This document shows positions 1 through 15,142 of a stretch of DNA of 64,000 nt, piece by piece (within the stretch, counting starts at the first letter, position 1; the number at the start of each line of letters is the position of its first letter). The notes below the pieces were generated by a model. It saw nothing but the letters and a program-made list of their open reading frames with translations. It did no database searches and had not been told where the DNA came from. Made by a program: the position numbers and the translations under genes. This stretch comes from Octopus vulgaris (lineage: Eukaryota): positions 84,320,001 to 84,384,000 of the forward strand of contig OX597816.1 of assembly GCA_951406725.2 (NCBI GenBank). Reading direction: 5' to 3'.

Positions 1-195
1 AAGAGGTTTAAATATGCTGTATATATCTTATACATTAGGTTCTGGCATGCAATTGGCCGGTAGTGTTTTGCAATGTGTATGGTTCTGCATTTGGGAATTA
101 ATTTTGTCTCTGCTAGAGCTAACCAGTGTGGTAAGTTACTGTTCCCAATAAAAGCTTGCGGGTAAAGATTGATAAGATATGATCCGTAGAATACA

Positions 196-310
196 TGCAT
201 ACATACAGACATACATACATACATACATACATACATACATACATACATACATACGTACGTACGTACATACATACATACATACATACATACATACATACAT
301 ACATACATAC
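196..310. repeat. (ACAT)n microsatellite
   Basis: Direct tandem ACAT; a second tract lies at 696-768. Confidence 0.95.
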
Positions 311-845
311 AGTTACTCTACTTAGATTATAACTTCAGGTTTATACCTGTAATTTTTGGGTCACTGGAATATGTAACACAGTGCTTAAATACCAATCGTA
401 AGAAATTAGGCTCCTCAAAACCAGAAAGGAGAAAGCTGAGCCAATCGATCACTGGAAGTGTAAAAAACTGTAAAACTTTCCTGAAGTTTATCATTTGAAT
501 ATATATGAGCATGTCTAGATATGCAACTGTATGGATGAGAATATATACATAAAACATACAAATCTGCACATTCATGCATACATACATACAAAATTATCCT
601 GTTATTGATGTTGAAATTCCAATGAAGGATGCTTGGAACTAGGTTAGAAACCGGTTCTTTCTCTATTGGCAAGAAATCTTGAAGTAAAGTAAATGACATA
701 CATACATACATACATACATACATACATACATACATACATACATACATACATACATACATACATACATAGGTCGATAGATACATATATACATTTAAAATAT
801 AGAAATCGTAGAAAACTTGTTTGAATGCTTGTAACAGACTAAACA

Positions 846-902
846 CTGCTATAGGTACCCAAAGCTGCTAAAGGTACCCAAATCTTCTAAAGGTACCCAA
901 GA
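846..902. repeat. 3 x 19-bp tandem repeat
   Basis: ctgctataggtacccaaag / ctgctaaaggtacccaaat / cttctaaaggtacccaaga. Confidence 0.85.
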
Positions 903-1231
903 AAAAGGTGTCAGTAAACAATCGAACAATTAATTAAGTCTGGCACTCAAGAACTCATGACATAGTCGTTCCGAACAAATACCAGTTTGTATTCTCTTTG
1001 ACATTCTCACAATCCCGTTATCATTTCTTTACCTTTCCATGATTGGCAATTTCTACAAAGTGCACCGAAAGGACAAAACGCAAAGCTGACAACGAAGAAA
1101 TTCATACTCAGATAGAAAAGAACCGAAAAGAGTACTGCCAATTCTCACATATAAATTATGTCTCGCACTTGGAGACAATATTTTAATTATATAATTTTTT
1201 TTATATGTTCCTTATTAAGTTTTAATAACCA

Positions 1232-1413
1232 ACACGAAATGCTTAGCTGTATTTCGTCTGTCATTATGTTCTGAGTTCAAATTCCGCCGAGGTCGATTTT
1301 GCCTTTCATCCTTTCGGGATGAAATTAAGTAGCAGCTGCTTACTGGGGTCAATCTAATCGACTGACCTCTCCCCTAAAATTTCGGGCGTTGTGCCTTGAG
1401 CAGAAAAGGATAT
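1232..1413 (+). mobile_element. SINE family A copy (5'-truncated, tail type 2)
   Basis: B-box-like gagttcaaattcc, core gaggtcgattttgcctttcatcctttcggg and tail gtgccttgagcagaaaagga, shared with many copies in the window. Confidence 0.85.
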
Positions 1414-1438
1414 CCACTAGTCTCTCTTTCTTTCTCTC

Positions 1439-1496
<58 letters not shown>

Positions 1497-2129
1497 TACA
1501 CACACGTTCTCTCTCGCTCTTTCTGTATGTATTTCTGTATATCTTCAATGTCTTCCTATGGTTTATGGATTGACTATTTGGGGGTTTTGCAAGTAAACCG
1601 GTGTTCTTATTGACATAGAAGATTCTCGAACATTTCAAAGCATACGTAATTACGAACGTTCTGGCGACAATGTTCTTGTTTAGGCCCCGATGAATACTGA
1701 TCAAGCAATCCTGGGAAAATATGCTCCATCTATGATCATACTATAATTTTTTTTCAGGCGTAATATATCTAGAACGATATTATCCAGTATATTTCCAATG
1801 TGTTAAAAGTGTTACCAGGAATAAATTTTACTGCTAGTTCGTGCAGGTTCGGCAAAAACAAAAGCACAATTCGTTATGTGTAGTAACAACGCGCTAGGCA
1901 GTGGTTATCGCTATGTTAAATTTTATTACGTTGTAAACACGCGGTAGCCATGAGATATATCCCAATTCCTTGCGGTATCTAACCGAAAGTTGGTCTGCAG
2001 TAGTAACTGTTCTCTTCGACAATCGAACTTGATATTTTGGTAAACGTGTATTAATACTGTGGGAGATAGTGTTCAGTTATGTCGGTCGTAACAGCGTAAA
2101 ATTGTGGTTAAGTAAGTGAAAATTGAAGC

Positions 2130-2214
2130 AACGTATGTATGTATGTATGTAGCATGCACATATACATGCGAATGCGTGTATATATATATATGTATACACA
2201 GACATACATTCATC

Positions 2215-2274
<60 letters not shown>

Positions 2275-2493
2275 AGTAAATATATGATTATATACATACA
2301 TACATATGTATACATACATACATTCATACATTCATGTATATTTATACATATGCATATATATATGAGTGTGTGCGGATGTATATAATATTTGTGTGTGTGT
2401 GCATGTATGTATACATGCATGTTTATCTGTATGCATAAGTGTATATATATGTGTTTATATATTTTATACATACATACATACACACACACACAT

Positions 2494-2560
<67 letters not shown>

Positions 2561-2572
2561 CATATATATATA
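2130..2572. repeat. Compound (TA)n/(CA)n/(TACA)n microsatellite region
   Basis: Direct inspection. Confidence 0.9.
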
Positions 2573-3099
2573 AGTGATATGTCGTTGCTAAAAAGTTAAA
2601 GAAGCAAAAGAAAATGTGAGTAATTTGCGTTCGTTGTAGGAATTAAAGATATATTAGGGGGGTAGTGTGAGGTTGGGACAGAAGGAAGTGGTACGTGACG
2701 TGGAGACTGATTAGAAAATGGTATAGGGTAGAAGAAAGAACTGGAGAGACAGAGAGAGAAGTAATGAAAATGATGAAGGTTAAAAGATTGTAGATTGGAT
2801 TATGCTGCTGACGGATGATCTAAAGCGACAGCTAAAATTAGATGAGATTAACGTGTTGATCTACTCACCCACCTTCTTCCCGTCGACGAAACTCAACCAT
2901 CATAATGCTTTTAGTTTTCCTTGTTTCTTTTGTTGTTGTTTTGTTGTTTTTTTTTTTTAATTTACTCATCTTTTGAGACTTTTGTCTTATGTTTTACTGT
3001 TTCATAGATAACTTTCTTCGGAGTTGGTAAGTTGCATAAATACAGAAAGGTTTGTGTGCGTGTGTTTGAGTGTTTAATATATACATACATACGTGCATA

Positions 3100-3660
<561 letters not shown>

Positions 3661-3923
3661 GCATTTGCGTTAGCGGGTGGGCAAAGAATGACGCTACTGG
3701 ATACAGGCGTCCAAGGTCTAAGTTACTGGCTCACTGAGTTTTCAGCTACGAGAATGACAGGGGTAGTACTTGAAAGTCGAGGCAGAGCAATGGATTATAT
3801 ATTTCTTTTTATAAATCGATATAATTATATGGATAAACGCGCGCGCACACACACACACTTACACACACACACATGCCATGATAGGAGTCATTACTTAGAC
3901 GCGCACACACAACACAGGTATGC

Positions 3924-4078
3924 ATACGAGGGCTTCTTTCAATTTCCGTTTACCGAATCCTCTCACAAGGCTTCAGTCGACCCGGGGCTATAGCGGAAGT
4001 TACTTGCCCAATGTGCCGCGAAGTGAAACTGAACTCAAAACAGCATGTTTCGGAAGCAAGCTTTTTAACCACGCAGCC
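3924..4078 (-). mobile_element. SINE family B (tRNA head, CORE-like), 5' part
   Basis: Matches the head of the full copy at 48150-48542 (ttccgtttaccgaatcc...cacaagg...cttgccca). Confidence 0.75.
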
Positions 4079-4132
4079 TTAAGTATTTGATATTTTACAT
4101 ATAAAGACGTGTATTTTAATTCCCCTGTTTAC

Positions 4133-4350
4133 ACTTCACTTGTTTCAGTCTTGTTTCAGTTATGAGACTCTGCTGTGGCTCTGCCCCAAATATTTTAGTT
4201 GCTCAAACTCGCCCTAGTACTGAATATGTTTTGTTTTTGCGTAGTATTTATTCCATCATTCTCTCTGTCAAAGAGCTGAATTTATCGGGTAAACACGCCA
4301 ATATCGGTTGTGAAGGTGTTGTGAAGGACAAACGCAATGACAAGTAGAGA
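4133..4350 (-). mobile_element. SINE family B, degenerate 3' part
   Basis: acttgtttcagtc tail and aaacacgccaatatcggttgt, as in 48150-48360. Confidence 0.55.
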
Positions 4351-4451
4351 CATACACGTACGAATATACATACGTACATACATACATGCAAACACACACA
4401 GGCACATATACGCGCGCACACCTATGCACACCCACACTCACTTATATTATA

Positions 4452-5276
4452 CGTGGTATGATCAATAAGTATACGGACTGTTGCTTTAGTAACAGAACTA
4501 AAGCACCCAGAATTAAGCCTCTTCGCATAGATTTACTTTGAACTAAGCTGTGAATGTGCACTACATTTTAACCTTCTAGCTCAGTTCCGTTATTTACAGC
4601 GCTGCTTAGAAGGAAGGTGTGTAGTGTGTGATCGTCGCATCGACCATTAAAGAGGAAGCTGAGCTAAGAATCTGCATCAAATTTTGCGAAAATCTTGGCG
4701 ATACCTGCTCAGAGGCCTACGCAAATATATCGAAAAGTCTTCATCGTTCTCAAGATAACGAAGGAGATCTTGTACATCTGAAACCCGAGTGTCATTTTGG
4801 CCAGCTAAATGCAGTTTTGGCACAAACTTGGCAGACACGCGTCTCATACACAACTCTTCATTGATAAACGATTGAACTGAACCGTAACTAATCTGCACAT
4901 CCTCTAATAACTCACAGATGGTGATTCGATGATTTCCCCTCACAGCTGCATGCACATCTGCGATATTTTTCTCAGTTCTGCTGGTTGCGAACATTCGTCA
5001 ACATGGATATTTTTTCGGTCACCTTCGAAACGTTTGAACCACTTGTACACCGGTATGCGGATCATACACTGCACTTTCTGCGACTTTCTGCAAATTCGCG
5101 TTGGCCTCTGAGCAAGTATCGCCATGACAACTTTCGCTGCTGTAAACCGCGGAAATGTGCTACTACGTTAAAGTGCACAGCATAGTTCAAGGTCAATATG
5201 TGCCGAGCAGCTTTACTCTGCGTGCTTTAGCTTCGTTACTATGAAAATAGTGCGAATGTTTATTGATCAGACCTAG
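4452..5276. mobile_element. Non-autonomous mariner derivative with long inverted repeats and transposase N-terminal remnants
   Basis: TA flanks at 4450-4451 and 5277-5278; ~110-bp imperfect terminal inverted repeats (cgtggtatgatcaataag / tttattgatcagacctag); mariner motifs ELRICIKFC (+), VYKWFKRF and RRVSAKFVPK (-). Confidence 0.9.
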
Positions 5277-5307
5277 TATTATGTTATATTATATTATACA
5301 AACATTA

Positions 5308-5488
5308 AGAATCGTTAGCATGCCGGGCAAAATGCTTTGCGGCATTTCGTCTGGCGTTACTTTCTGAGTTCAAATTCCGGCGAGGTCGACTTTACCTTTC
5401 ATCGATTCGGAGTTGGTAAAATAAGCATCAGTCGACTATTCCCCTCCCACAAATTTCAGGCCTTGTGCCTATATTAGGAAGGATATTA
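5308..5488 (+). mobile_element. SINE family A copy (tail type 2)
   Basis: gaatcgttagc...gagttcaaattccggcgaggtcgac...ggccttgtgcctatattaggaagga. Confidence 0.85.
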
Positions 5489-5497
5489 TGTTATACA

Positions 5498-5533
<36 letters not shown>

Positions 5534-5920
5534 TATATATAATGACAATAATATTATGTACAGGATAATTATCAGTTTTCCCCTAACGCGTGATATAATA
5601 GGAGGAGTTAGTCACACCGCGGGTATGACTCTCGTAACTATTATTTTACGCAGCGAACGACTTAATACGACTCTTACAAAGAAAAAAAGAAAAAAGAGAT
5701 AATGTAAACTGGTTGCTATTTCTAAGACTAATTGATTCCAACTAGAAAGTTTTTGATCATTGGTTCTCTTTATAAGGGTTGATACGGCAATAAACTATAT
5801 GTTCAGTTCATATTTTCTCGTTGAAACACTCTTGCAGTTCTTCAAGAAAATATGTCTGACGGTTAAAACAGAATTCATTTTTTTCAGAAAGAATATTTTG
5901 CATTATATTTCAGATTGCAA

Positions 5921-6375
5921 TGCGGCGAGCTGGCAGAAACGTTAGCACTCCGGGCGAAATGCTTAGCGGTATTTTGTCTGCCGCTACATTCCTGAGTTCA
6001 AATTCCGCCGATGTTGACATTGTCTTTCATCCTTTCGAGGTCGATTAAATAAGTACCAGTTACGCACTGGGGTCGATGTAATCGACTTAATCCGTTTGTC
6101 TGCCCTTGTTTGTCCCTTCTGTGTTTATCCCCTTGTGGGTAGTAAAGAAATAGGTATATCGCTCGTCGTTACATTCTAGGTTCAAATTCCGCCAAGGACG
6201 ACTTTACCTTTCATCCTTTCGGGGTCGATAAATTAAGTACCAATGAAACATTGGGATCGATATAATCGACTAGTCCCAGTACCAATGAAACATTGGGATC
6301 GATATAATCGACTAGTCCCCATTCCAAAAATTCTAGACAAATTCTAGACCTTGTACCTCCACTAGAAAGGATTAT
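5921..6375 (+). mobile_element. SINE family A, dimeric (head-core-tail1-core-tail2)
   Basis: gcggcgagctggcagaaacgttagc head; two ttcaaattccgcc cores at ~5997 and ~6181. Confidence 0.85.
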
Positions 6376-6701
6376 CTTTCAGATTGCTTTTCGATGTCTG
6401 GTATAGATTTTTTGTTTGTTCGTTCGTTTTGGCGGTCAACTTTATAGCTTACAAAACATGAGTGACAAATAGTTAAAAATATTTTTAAATATTTTATCTC
6501 TTACTGCTTGCTTGTTCCAGTCGTTGGACTGTTGGGACACCACCTTAATAGCTTTAGTCGAACAAATCCACTTCAGCAGTTAGTTTGAAAGACAAAAACA
6601 AACAATAAAGACACACATGTTTTGTATGTATACATGTATGTGTGTGTGAAAGTATGTATTGTATGTATCTATATGTCTGTCTGTTTGTTTGTCTGTCTCT
6701 C

Positions 6702-6763
<62 letters not shown>

Positions 6764-6805
6764 CATATATACATACATACATACATACATACATACATAC
6801 ATACA

Positions 6806-6837
<32 letters not shown>

Positions 6838-6838
6838 C

Positions 6839-7070
6839 AAGGCAGCGAGCTGGCAGAAACGTTAGCACGCCGGGTGAAATGCGTGGCCGTTTTTCGTCTG
6901 CCGCTACGTTCTGAGTTCAAATTCCGCCGAGGTCAACTTTGCCTTTCATCCTTTCGGGGTCGATAAATTAAGTACCAGTTGCACACTGGGGTCGATGTAA
7001 TCGACTAAATCCGTTTGTCTGTCCTTGTTTATCCTCTCTGTGTTTAGCTCCTTGTTGGTGGTAAAGAAAT
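6839..7070 (+). mobile_element. SINE family A copy (tail type 1)
   Basis: Full head ggcagcgagctggcagaaacg, B box, core, and tail ccgtttgtctgtccttg...gtaaagaaat. Confidence 0.9.
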
Positions 7071-7089
7071 ATATATGTATGTATGTATG

Positions 7090-7270
7090 TATTGCTTAGT
7101 GGAAAGGGCGTCGGTCCGTCGTAGGTTTACTCATTGTTACCAGCTGAGTAAAGTGGAGCAACAGGAAATGAATTGTTTTGCTTAAGAACACAACGCATCG
7201 CCCTGCTCAGGAATCAAAACGTCAATCTTACGATCAGGAGTCCAATACACTAACCACTAAGCCATACACC
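7090..7270 (-). mobile_element. SINE family C copy
   Basis: Reverse complement tggcttagtggttagtgtattggactcc...gattcctg, matching 36695-36941. Confidence 0.75.
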
Positions 7271-7311
7271 TTCATACACAAACATACGTACACACACACA
7301 TACATATACAG

Positions 7312-7364
<53 letters not shown>

Positions 7365-7367
<3 letters not shown>

Positions 7368-7528
7368 CGGTCTTGTTTTAGTTTCTGTCTACCAAATCCA
7401 CTCACAAGTCTTTGGTCGACTCGGATATTTCGTGGAAGAGATCTGCGAAGGTGCCACGCAGTGAGAATAGACATAGGACCACGTGGTTAGGAATCAAAGT
7501 TTTTACCCCACAGACACACACTCGCACC
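7365..7528 (-). mobile_element. SINE family B, 5' part
   Basis: tctaccaaatccactcacaag...aaggtgccacgcagtg. Confidence 0.8.
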
Positions 7529-8174
7529 TAATTTACATGTGTACGATACCTTTGAAGTTCATTAGAATTGAACGCAGTGTAATTTGTAAGTCATTGGACG
7601 GTTTTCAATTTATGATTGTTGTTTTTTTTGTCTTTTTTCTTCCGACTGCATAAATTAGTTCTTTGAAGGGGTTCCTCACGAGAAAATAAAACACGGAAAT
7701 TGTTTAAGTTAAACTTTATGCTTTGTATTCTTTGGCCAGTCAGGTATAGATTCATCTCGAATTAAAAAAATTACTCGTTTGGTAATATTAAACTTAGGCG
7801 GAGCAAACGCCGTCATAATGATGAGCAATGAGAGACATCCAGTGACAGTAAATTCTATACGCACGTACAAAACATGCACATACATTATACAGTTTATGAT
7901 ATATATATATATACATGCATGCACACGCACATACATACAAACATACATACATATCTGTCTAGGCATGTATATATGTAAGTATGGACATACTGGCACACAC
8001 GTAAGCACATATATATTATATGCATGTATAATATGTATATGTACGCGCATATATGTGGGTGTATGTGCTAGTTTGCGTGCGAAACAATTCACTACAAATA
8101 TATTCATTGACAGCATGCCAATAAGTGCAAACTTTCGGGGCGTGTATTACAGCAAATCGAAATGCCAAATATCT

Positions 8175-8500
8175 GAATGTCTTGAAATGCCATGATCAAC
8201 ATTGCTGAAATCCTTGCCAAGATTTCGATATATGTACAGTCATCTTTCACTCCCGGCAAAAGAGACTTCAACGTCTCGTCATACTTCTGAAGAAGATTTG
8301 TTAAACAGCTTCCTCCATGTGGAGTACCTCTGAGAAAGCTATTGTTCCACGTTTGTATAATTACTCCGTTTATGCTCTGTTTCTCTCTTTGTGAATTGGT
8401 TTGATGATTGCCTCCTTCAGCGTTGCAAGAAAGATTTCAAACATCCAGAAACGTTATAACATTAATTTTCAAAGGATTTCCTAGGACACTGCAGCATTAT
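8175..8500 (-). pseudogene. Degenerate CR1/Jockey-group LINE RT fragment
   Basis: Minus-strand translation across frames gives LKEAIIKPIHK, GGSCLTNLL and DFSNVDHGI, resembling CR1 RT motifs in the expected order. Confidence 0.55.
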
Positions 8501-8540
8501 TTTAGTATCATAGGAAAGATATATATATATATCCTTTCTC

Positions 8541-8574
<34 letters not shown>

Positions 8575-9044
8575 GTATGTGTATATTTATATGCATATAT
8601 GTTTATATATATATATATACATATATTTATATGTAAATATATATACATATATGTATATACAAATATACAGATATGAATATATATATACATATGTGTATAT
8701 ATATGAATGTATATATATGTATATATGTATACATACATACATATATATATAAGCTTTCTGTGCGAATGTTTTTGTTTTTTTATTTCGGCGCCGTGATTTA
8801 CGGTCCTGTAAATAATGATAATGGTACTGTTATTATATAAAAATACTATATATATATATGTGTGTATATATATACATACATATTTGTATACACACACAGT
8901 AAGTTATAAGTTAGCGGTGTTAAGCCCTCTAAGGGATAAAAGTATCCAGAGGCACTCCTGGTAATTATCTCAGTAAGTATGGTCTTTGGTATAAGATATA
9001 CGGCTGCAGGTAATTTAAAAAGGTAAATCGTAGTTTAATTTCTT

Positions 9045-9340
9045 ATCGTCACCGTGACCGACCAGGCTATCAGATGTTGCTACACATCGCTAATCACAAT
9101 GCGTTTCGCATTGTTTTAGCCTTCAAATGACGCCACCCCGCTGGCTAAGCGGGCAGGCCAACAGAAGAAAGAGTGAGAGAAAGTTGTGGCGAAAGAGTAC
9201 AGCAGTGATCGCCACCACCCCCCTGCCGGAGCCTCGTGGAGCTTTAGGTGTTTTCGCTCAATAAACACTCACAACGCCCGGTGTGGGAATCGAAACCGCG
9301 ATCCTACGACCGCGAGTCCGCTACCCTAACCACTGGGCCA
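9045..9340 (-). mobile_element. SINE family D (tRNA head)
   Basis: Reverse complement tggcccagtggttagggtagcggactcgcggtc...ggtttcgattcc (A/B boxes); 3' tail repeated at 15444-15560. Confidence 0.85.
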
Positions 9341-9341
9341 T

Positions 9342-10296
<955 letters not shown>

Positions 10297-10302
10297 TGTG
10301 TG

Positions 10303-11085
<783 letters not shown>

Positions 11086-11254
11086 CGTGGAAGCGGGATC
11101 AAGAATTAGCGATTCAGAGATAAAAGTGTCATTCTCTGTTTATATACTTTTTGTCTCTCCGTCTGTCTGTCTGTCTCTCTCTCTTTCTTAGTTTTTCTGT
11201 GTGTGTGTGTGGGTGTGTGTGTTTCTGTGTGTGTGTCCGAGTGTGTGAGTGTGT

Positions 11255-11257
<3 letters not shown>

Positions 11258-11335
<78 letters not shown>
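11258..11335. repeat. (GT)n microsatellite
   Basis: Direct inspection; similar tracts at 12748-12815 and 26275-26401. Confidence 0.95.
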
Positions 11336-11338
<3 letters not shown>

Positions 11339-12741
11339 ATGACATAGTTTTAATATACAAGTGAATCAGTATAGTTATTATTGGTCCCATATTTTGGCAC
11401 AAGTCCAAGACCGAAAAGCCCCGCGTCCCCCCAAAAAAGACACCCTTCATAAACCAATAAGATTTAATCATTTTTAATTTCTGATAAAAAAAAAAGCCGT
11501 ATTCTAGTACAATATTTTTTCTCTATCTGCTATCATAGTTGTATCTATTTATACGACATATATTTGTTTAGGCTCATTTCAGTTCCACTCGTGCAGATCT
11601 CTGACTATCCCACCTTTTCTCGTACATTCTCTTTCTGGTTGTCTTATTAAACGTGTCATTTGTTTTTTAAGACGAAGGCGTATATGCAAGCGAGTTCCTA
11701 GTGGGTTGTATGACCCCCGTAAAAGCTTTCACCCGTGTTCCTTTTCAACAGTTAGCTAATAAAAGTAATTGTATCTCCTCTTATTCCAGCAGTACTTCAG
11801 CGTGCATAAATTAATATCGTATTGGCAGAAAAGACCCGAGTTGTCGAATTAATAAAGAAATTCGAATGATTTCTGAACAAATGCGGGGAAATGAGTGCCA
11901 AACACCATCCAGTTTTTGCGCAAGGAAGGAAAATTTGACCGAAAATCTCGTTTAAAAATTATCTGAATTACAATCTTGAAGCAAAATTTTATGTTAATCT
12001 AAGCCCCACATATCAGCTGAATTATGACAATATTGGGTGGTTCCCTCTGGCTATGGCTGTTAACGTAAGAGGGATAATCATCTCTTCAAAACACAAGGTG
12101 GGCTTAGAAATCTGTACTTTAAAGAATACGAAGAAAAAGACGTATATTATTTTTCTTTTTATCTATTTCGAAGTTCTCATAATTTTGTATTAGCGATAAT
12201 CACTACAGCACTATTTTACCCTTTTTAGAACTTTCAGCATGATTCAACCGATGATTTGTTAATTATATATTACGAAAAGATATATTTCATTAAAGTTAAA
12301 TTTGAAATTAATTATAAACCGGAGGATGTTCATAGAATATTTTATGTCATCATAGGAAACCATCGGTGCTTTAGGAATCGAGGGAAAGAGAATGTTTTTT
12401 GCCACAGTCTTCATTGTTTTCAAAATTAATTAAAATAAACCAAGTATATATATATATATATAATGGTTACAGAAGAGTTGCAATCACTAACGACACTTTG
12501 AAAGAGTCAAACTAAAATTTACTGTGAAGTACTGCCACCAACAGAATTTAATTAGTATTTAACGTGTGAACAAAAAAAATGCAATTAATTGAACAGCATC
12601 ACACCATAACACTAGTTTTGTTTGTTAATTTATAAAGAGAAAGACGGAGAGGAAGAAAAAGACAGCCAGAGCAGGAAATGAGAGGTACAAAGAAACTCTC
12701 CTGGCGTGTGCGTGTGTGTGTGACTGTGTGTGAGAGAGAGA

Positions 12742-12818
<77 letters not shown>

Positions 12819-13166
12819 GAGATGTGATGACTTATCTTTTCTTAAGGCAGAACGAATTATTAAAATGCTTCTCTATTCACCCCACGCCATTAGCAACTGC
12901 TAAGAAATTAATTCATAATGCACTAAAAAGTGCTTTTGGATACTTTGTAAAACATAAGGTAATATCTTTTTAAATAAACATACAGTTTTAGCCACGCTGT
13001 GCAAAAAAAAATTTGTTATACCCTAGCTTCAAAAATTATTGGGAATAAAGTGTATAGATATACATACATATATATACTGTTGTGTCTGGGGAGAATCATT
13101 CTCTTTTGGTGTTTTATGATTTAACACACTCACCGGTAAAATTTCCACTTGTTTCTTTTTATTTTT

Positions 13167-13203
13167 CTAAAATTTTCGTTGCGTTTTGCAACCTTTTCAA
13201 TAG
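13167..13203 (-). ncRNA. Minimal type I hammerhead-like motif (U3:A8 variant) in a short repeat (~13077-13215)
   Basis: cta|TTGAAAA|g gttgc aaaac gcaac|GAAA|at|TT|tag. Confidence 0.5.
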
Positions 13204-13483
13204 TTTACTCACACTGTGTTCCTTTTTCTTTATTTCTGCGCATGCATGTGGATCAGTGTGTGTGTGTGCCTATACATTCATACATGTATGTATGTATGTA
13301 TGTATGTATGTATTTATGCATGCATGTATGTATGCATGTATGTATGTATGTATGCATGTGTGTATGCTTGTATGTGTCTGTGTGTGTGTGCATATGTATA
13401 TATTTATTCATATATATATAGGCTCTTGACGACCAAATCCTTGTAAGTAATTTTCTTAGACTGGTCTTAGAAATTTTTATGTG

Positions 13484-13525
<42 letters not shown>

Positions 13526-13529
13526 CATA

Positions 13530-13646
<117 letters not shown>

Positions 13647-13661
13647 TTTATAGTAGATATA

Positions 13662-13830
13662 CCGTTTTATGGGATTACCCTGGGTTTCTCGCTTAAAAGG
13701 CGTTTAGCCTTATGGCGTATCTGAGACTATTTTTGAGGAGATCTCAGGCCAGCAGTGTTTAGGGTCCGAATATACACCGTAAGGCTAAAACCTTTATCAG
13801 CGACACGCCGAGGGTAACTCCATAAACCGG
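13662..13830. repeat. Imperfect ~170-bp fold-back (MITE-like)
   Basis: ccgttttatgggattaccct pairs with agggtaactccataaaccgg; tttagccttatggcgtat pairs with atacaccgtaaggctaaa. Confidence 0.75.
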
Positions 13831-14019
13831 CCTAACCCACTATATTATTAACTGCTCTATATCTTAGGGTGTGTTTCTCCTCCGGATTTATTCATTTCTA
13901 CAAACGATCCTGTATACATGTATATATATATATACACAAACATAACGATGCTAAACATTGTCACTTGATACTATCTCTCGGATGTTGCAGGGAGCCCATA
14001 AACATTTCTAAGACCAGTC

Positions 14020-14165
14020 TAACAAAATTACTCACAAGGATTTGGTCGTCACGAGCCTATAGTAGAGGACACTTACCTCACCCAAGTTACCACGCAACGG
14101 GACTGAGCCCAGAACCATGTGATTGTAAAGCATGCTTCTTGCTACAGAGCCACGCCTGTGCCTGT
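14020..14165 (-). mobile_element. SINE family B, degenerate 5' part
   Basis: actcacaagg...tatagtagaggacactt...accatgtg...acagagccacgcctgtgcc. Confidence 0.7.
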
Positions 14166-14725
14166 TGAAATTGTCAAATTTTGGCAGATGTGTGGAAATA
14201 TGTGACTTTGTCTATGTTAGGGGTCGTGCTTACTGCTGTATTGTTATTGCCCTTGACGTAAAATTCTACCTTAATGATTCAATGAAATGAGCACCAGACC
14301 GAAATCAATACAGGGACCAATGTGATCAATTAATCCTCCTTCTGAGAATGCCTACACATGTCGGAGTCTAATGTGTCTAAAGGGCTAAAGAATGCACAAC
14401 GAATTTCTGAAACTTTCACTCGATGTTGTTCAACACAGATGAATGTTGAGGACGTTTGCACGGTAGGACTGGACTGGGAACTACGAGTTTAGTTTAGTAT
14501 GCATGTGTATCATTGTTAAGTTTTATTTCATGATTTCTAGCCAATAAAGAATGAGTCGGTTTCTAACATAGATACACCGGCAGAGGTGTCCAGTGTAATC
14601 CATGGGCAGGAGAGGTGCAGCTGAAGTGTATGAGGGTAGAAAGTCCAGGTAGAGATTCCAAGTAGAATAGTCCAGTGTAGAAGGTGTAAAAGTTCGTTGG
14701 GTAATGAGAGGAGACAGGATCAAAG

Positions 14726-14849
14726 ATATATTTATATATGTATATATATGTATATATATATATATATATGTATGTATATATATGTAAGTATATATATGTA
14801 TGTATATATATGTAAGTATATATATGTTTGTATATATATGTATGTATAT

Positions 14850-14886
<37 letters not shown>

Positions 14887-15002
14887 CATGTATGTATATA
14901 TATATGTATATGTATATACATATGTATATATATATGTATATGTATATATATATATGTATATGTAAATATACATATATATATATACATATATGTATATATG
15001 TA

Positions 15003-15066
<64 letters not shown>
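14726..15066. repeat. Interrupted (TA)n/(TATG)n
   Basis: Direct inspection. Confidence 0.9.
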
Positions 15067-15069
<3 letters not shown>

Positions 15070-15094
15070 TTTATTAAGAAGCATAAAAATATAA

Positions 15095-15142
15095 AAAAAC
15101 TGTAACTCAGAGTTTCACGTTACCATTCGTCGGACAGTTTTT
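15095..15142 (-). ncRNA. Type I hammerhead-like motif (U4C variant) in a ~350-bp element between (TA)n tracts (~15067-15415)
   Basis: aaaaactgt|CCGACGA|atg gtaa cgt|GAAA|ctc t gag|TT|acagttttt; perfect 9-bp stem I. Confidence 0.65.

Noticed and set aside
846-902. Short repeats as a possible CRISPR array
   Set aside because: Contiguous tandem units without spacers, eukaryotic context and no cas genes.
9270-9340. tRNA gene
   Set aside because: A/B boxes are present but it continues into a repeated SINE body, so it is a tRNA-derived SINE head rather than a tRNA.
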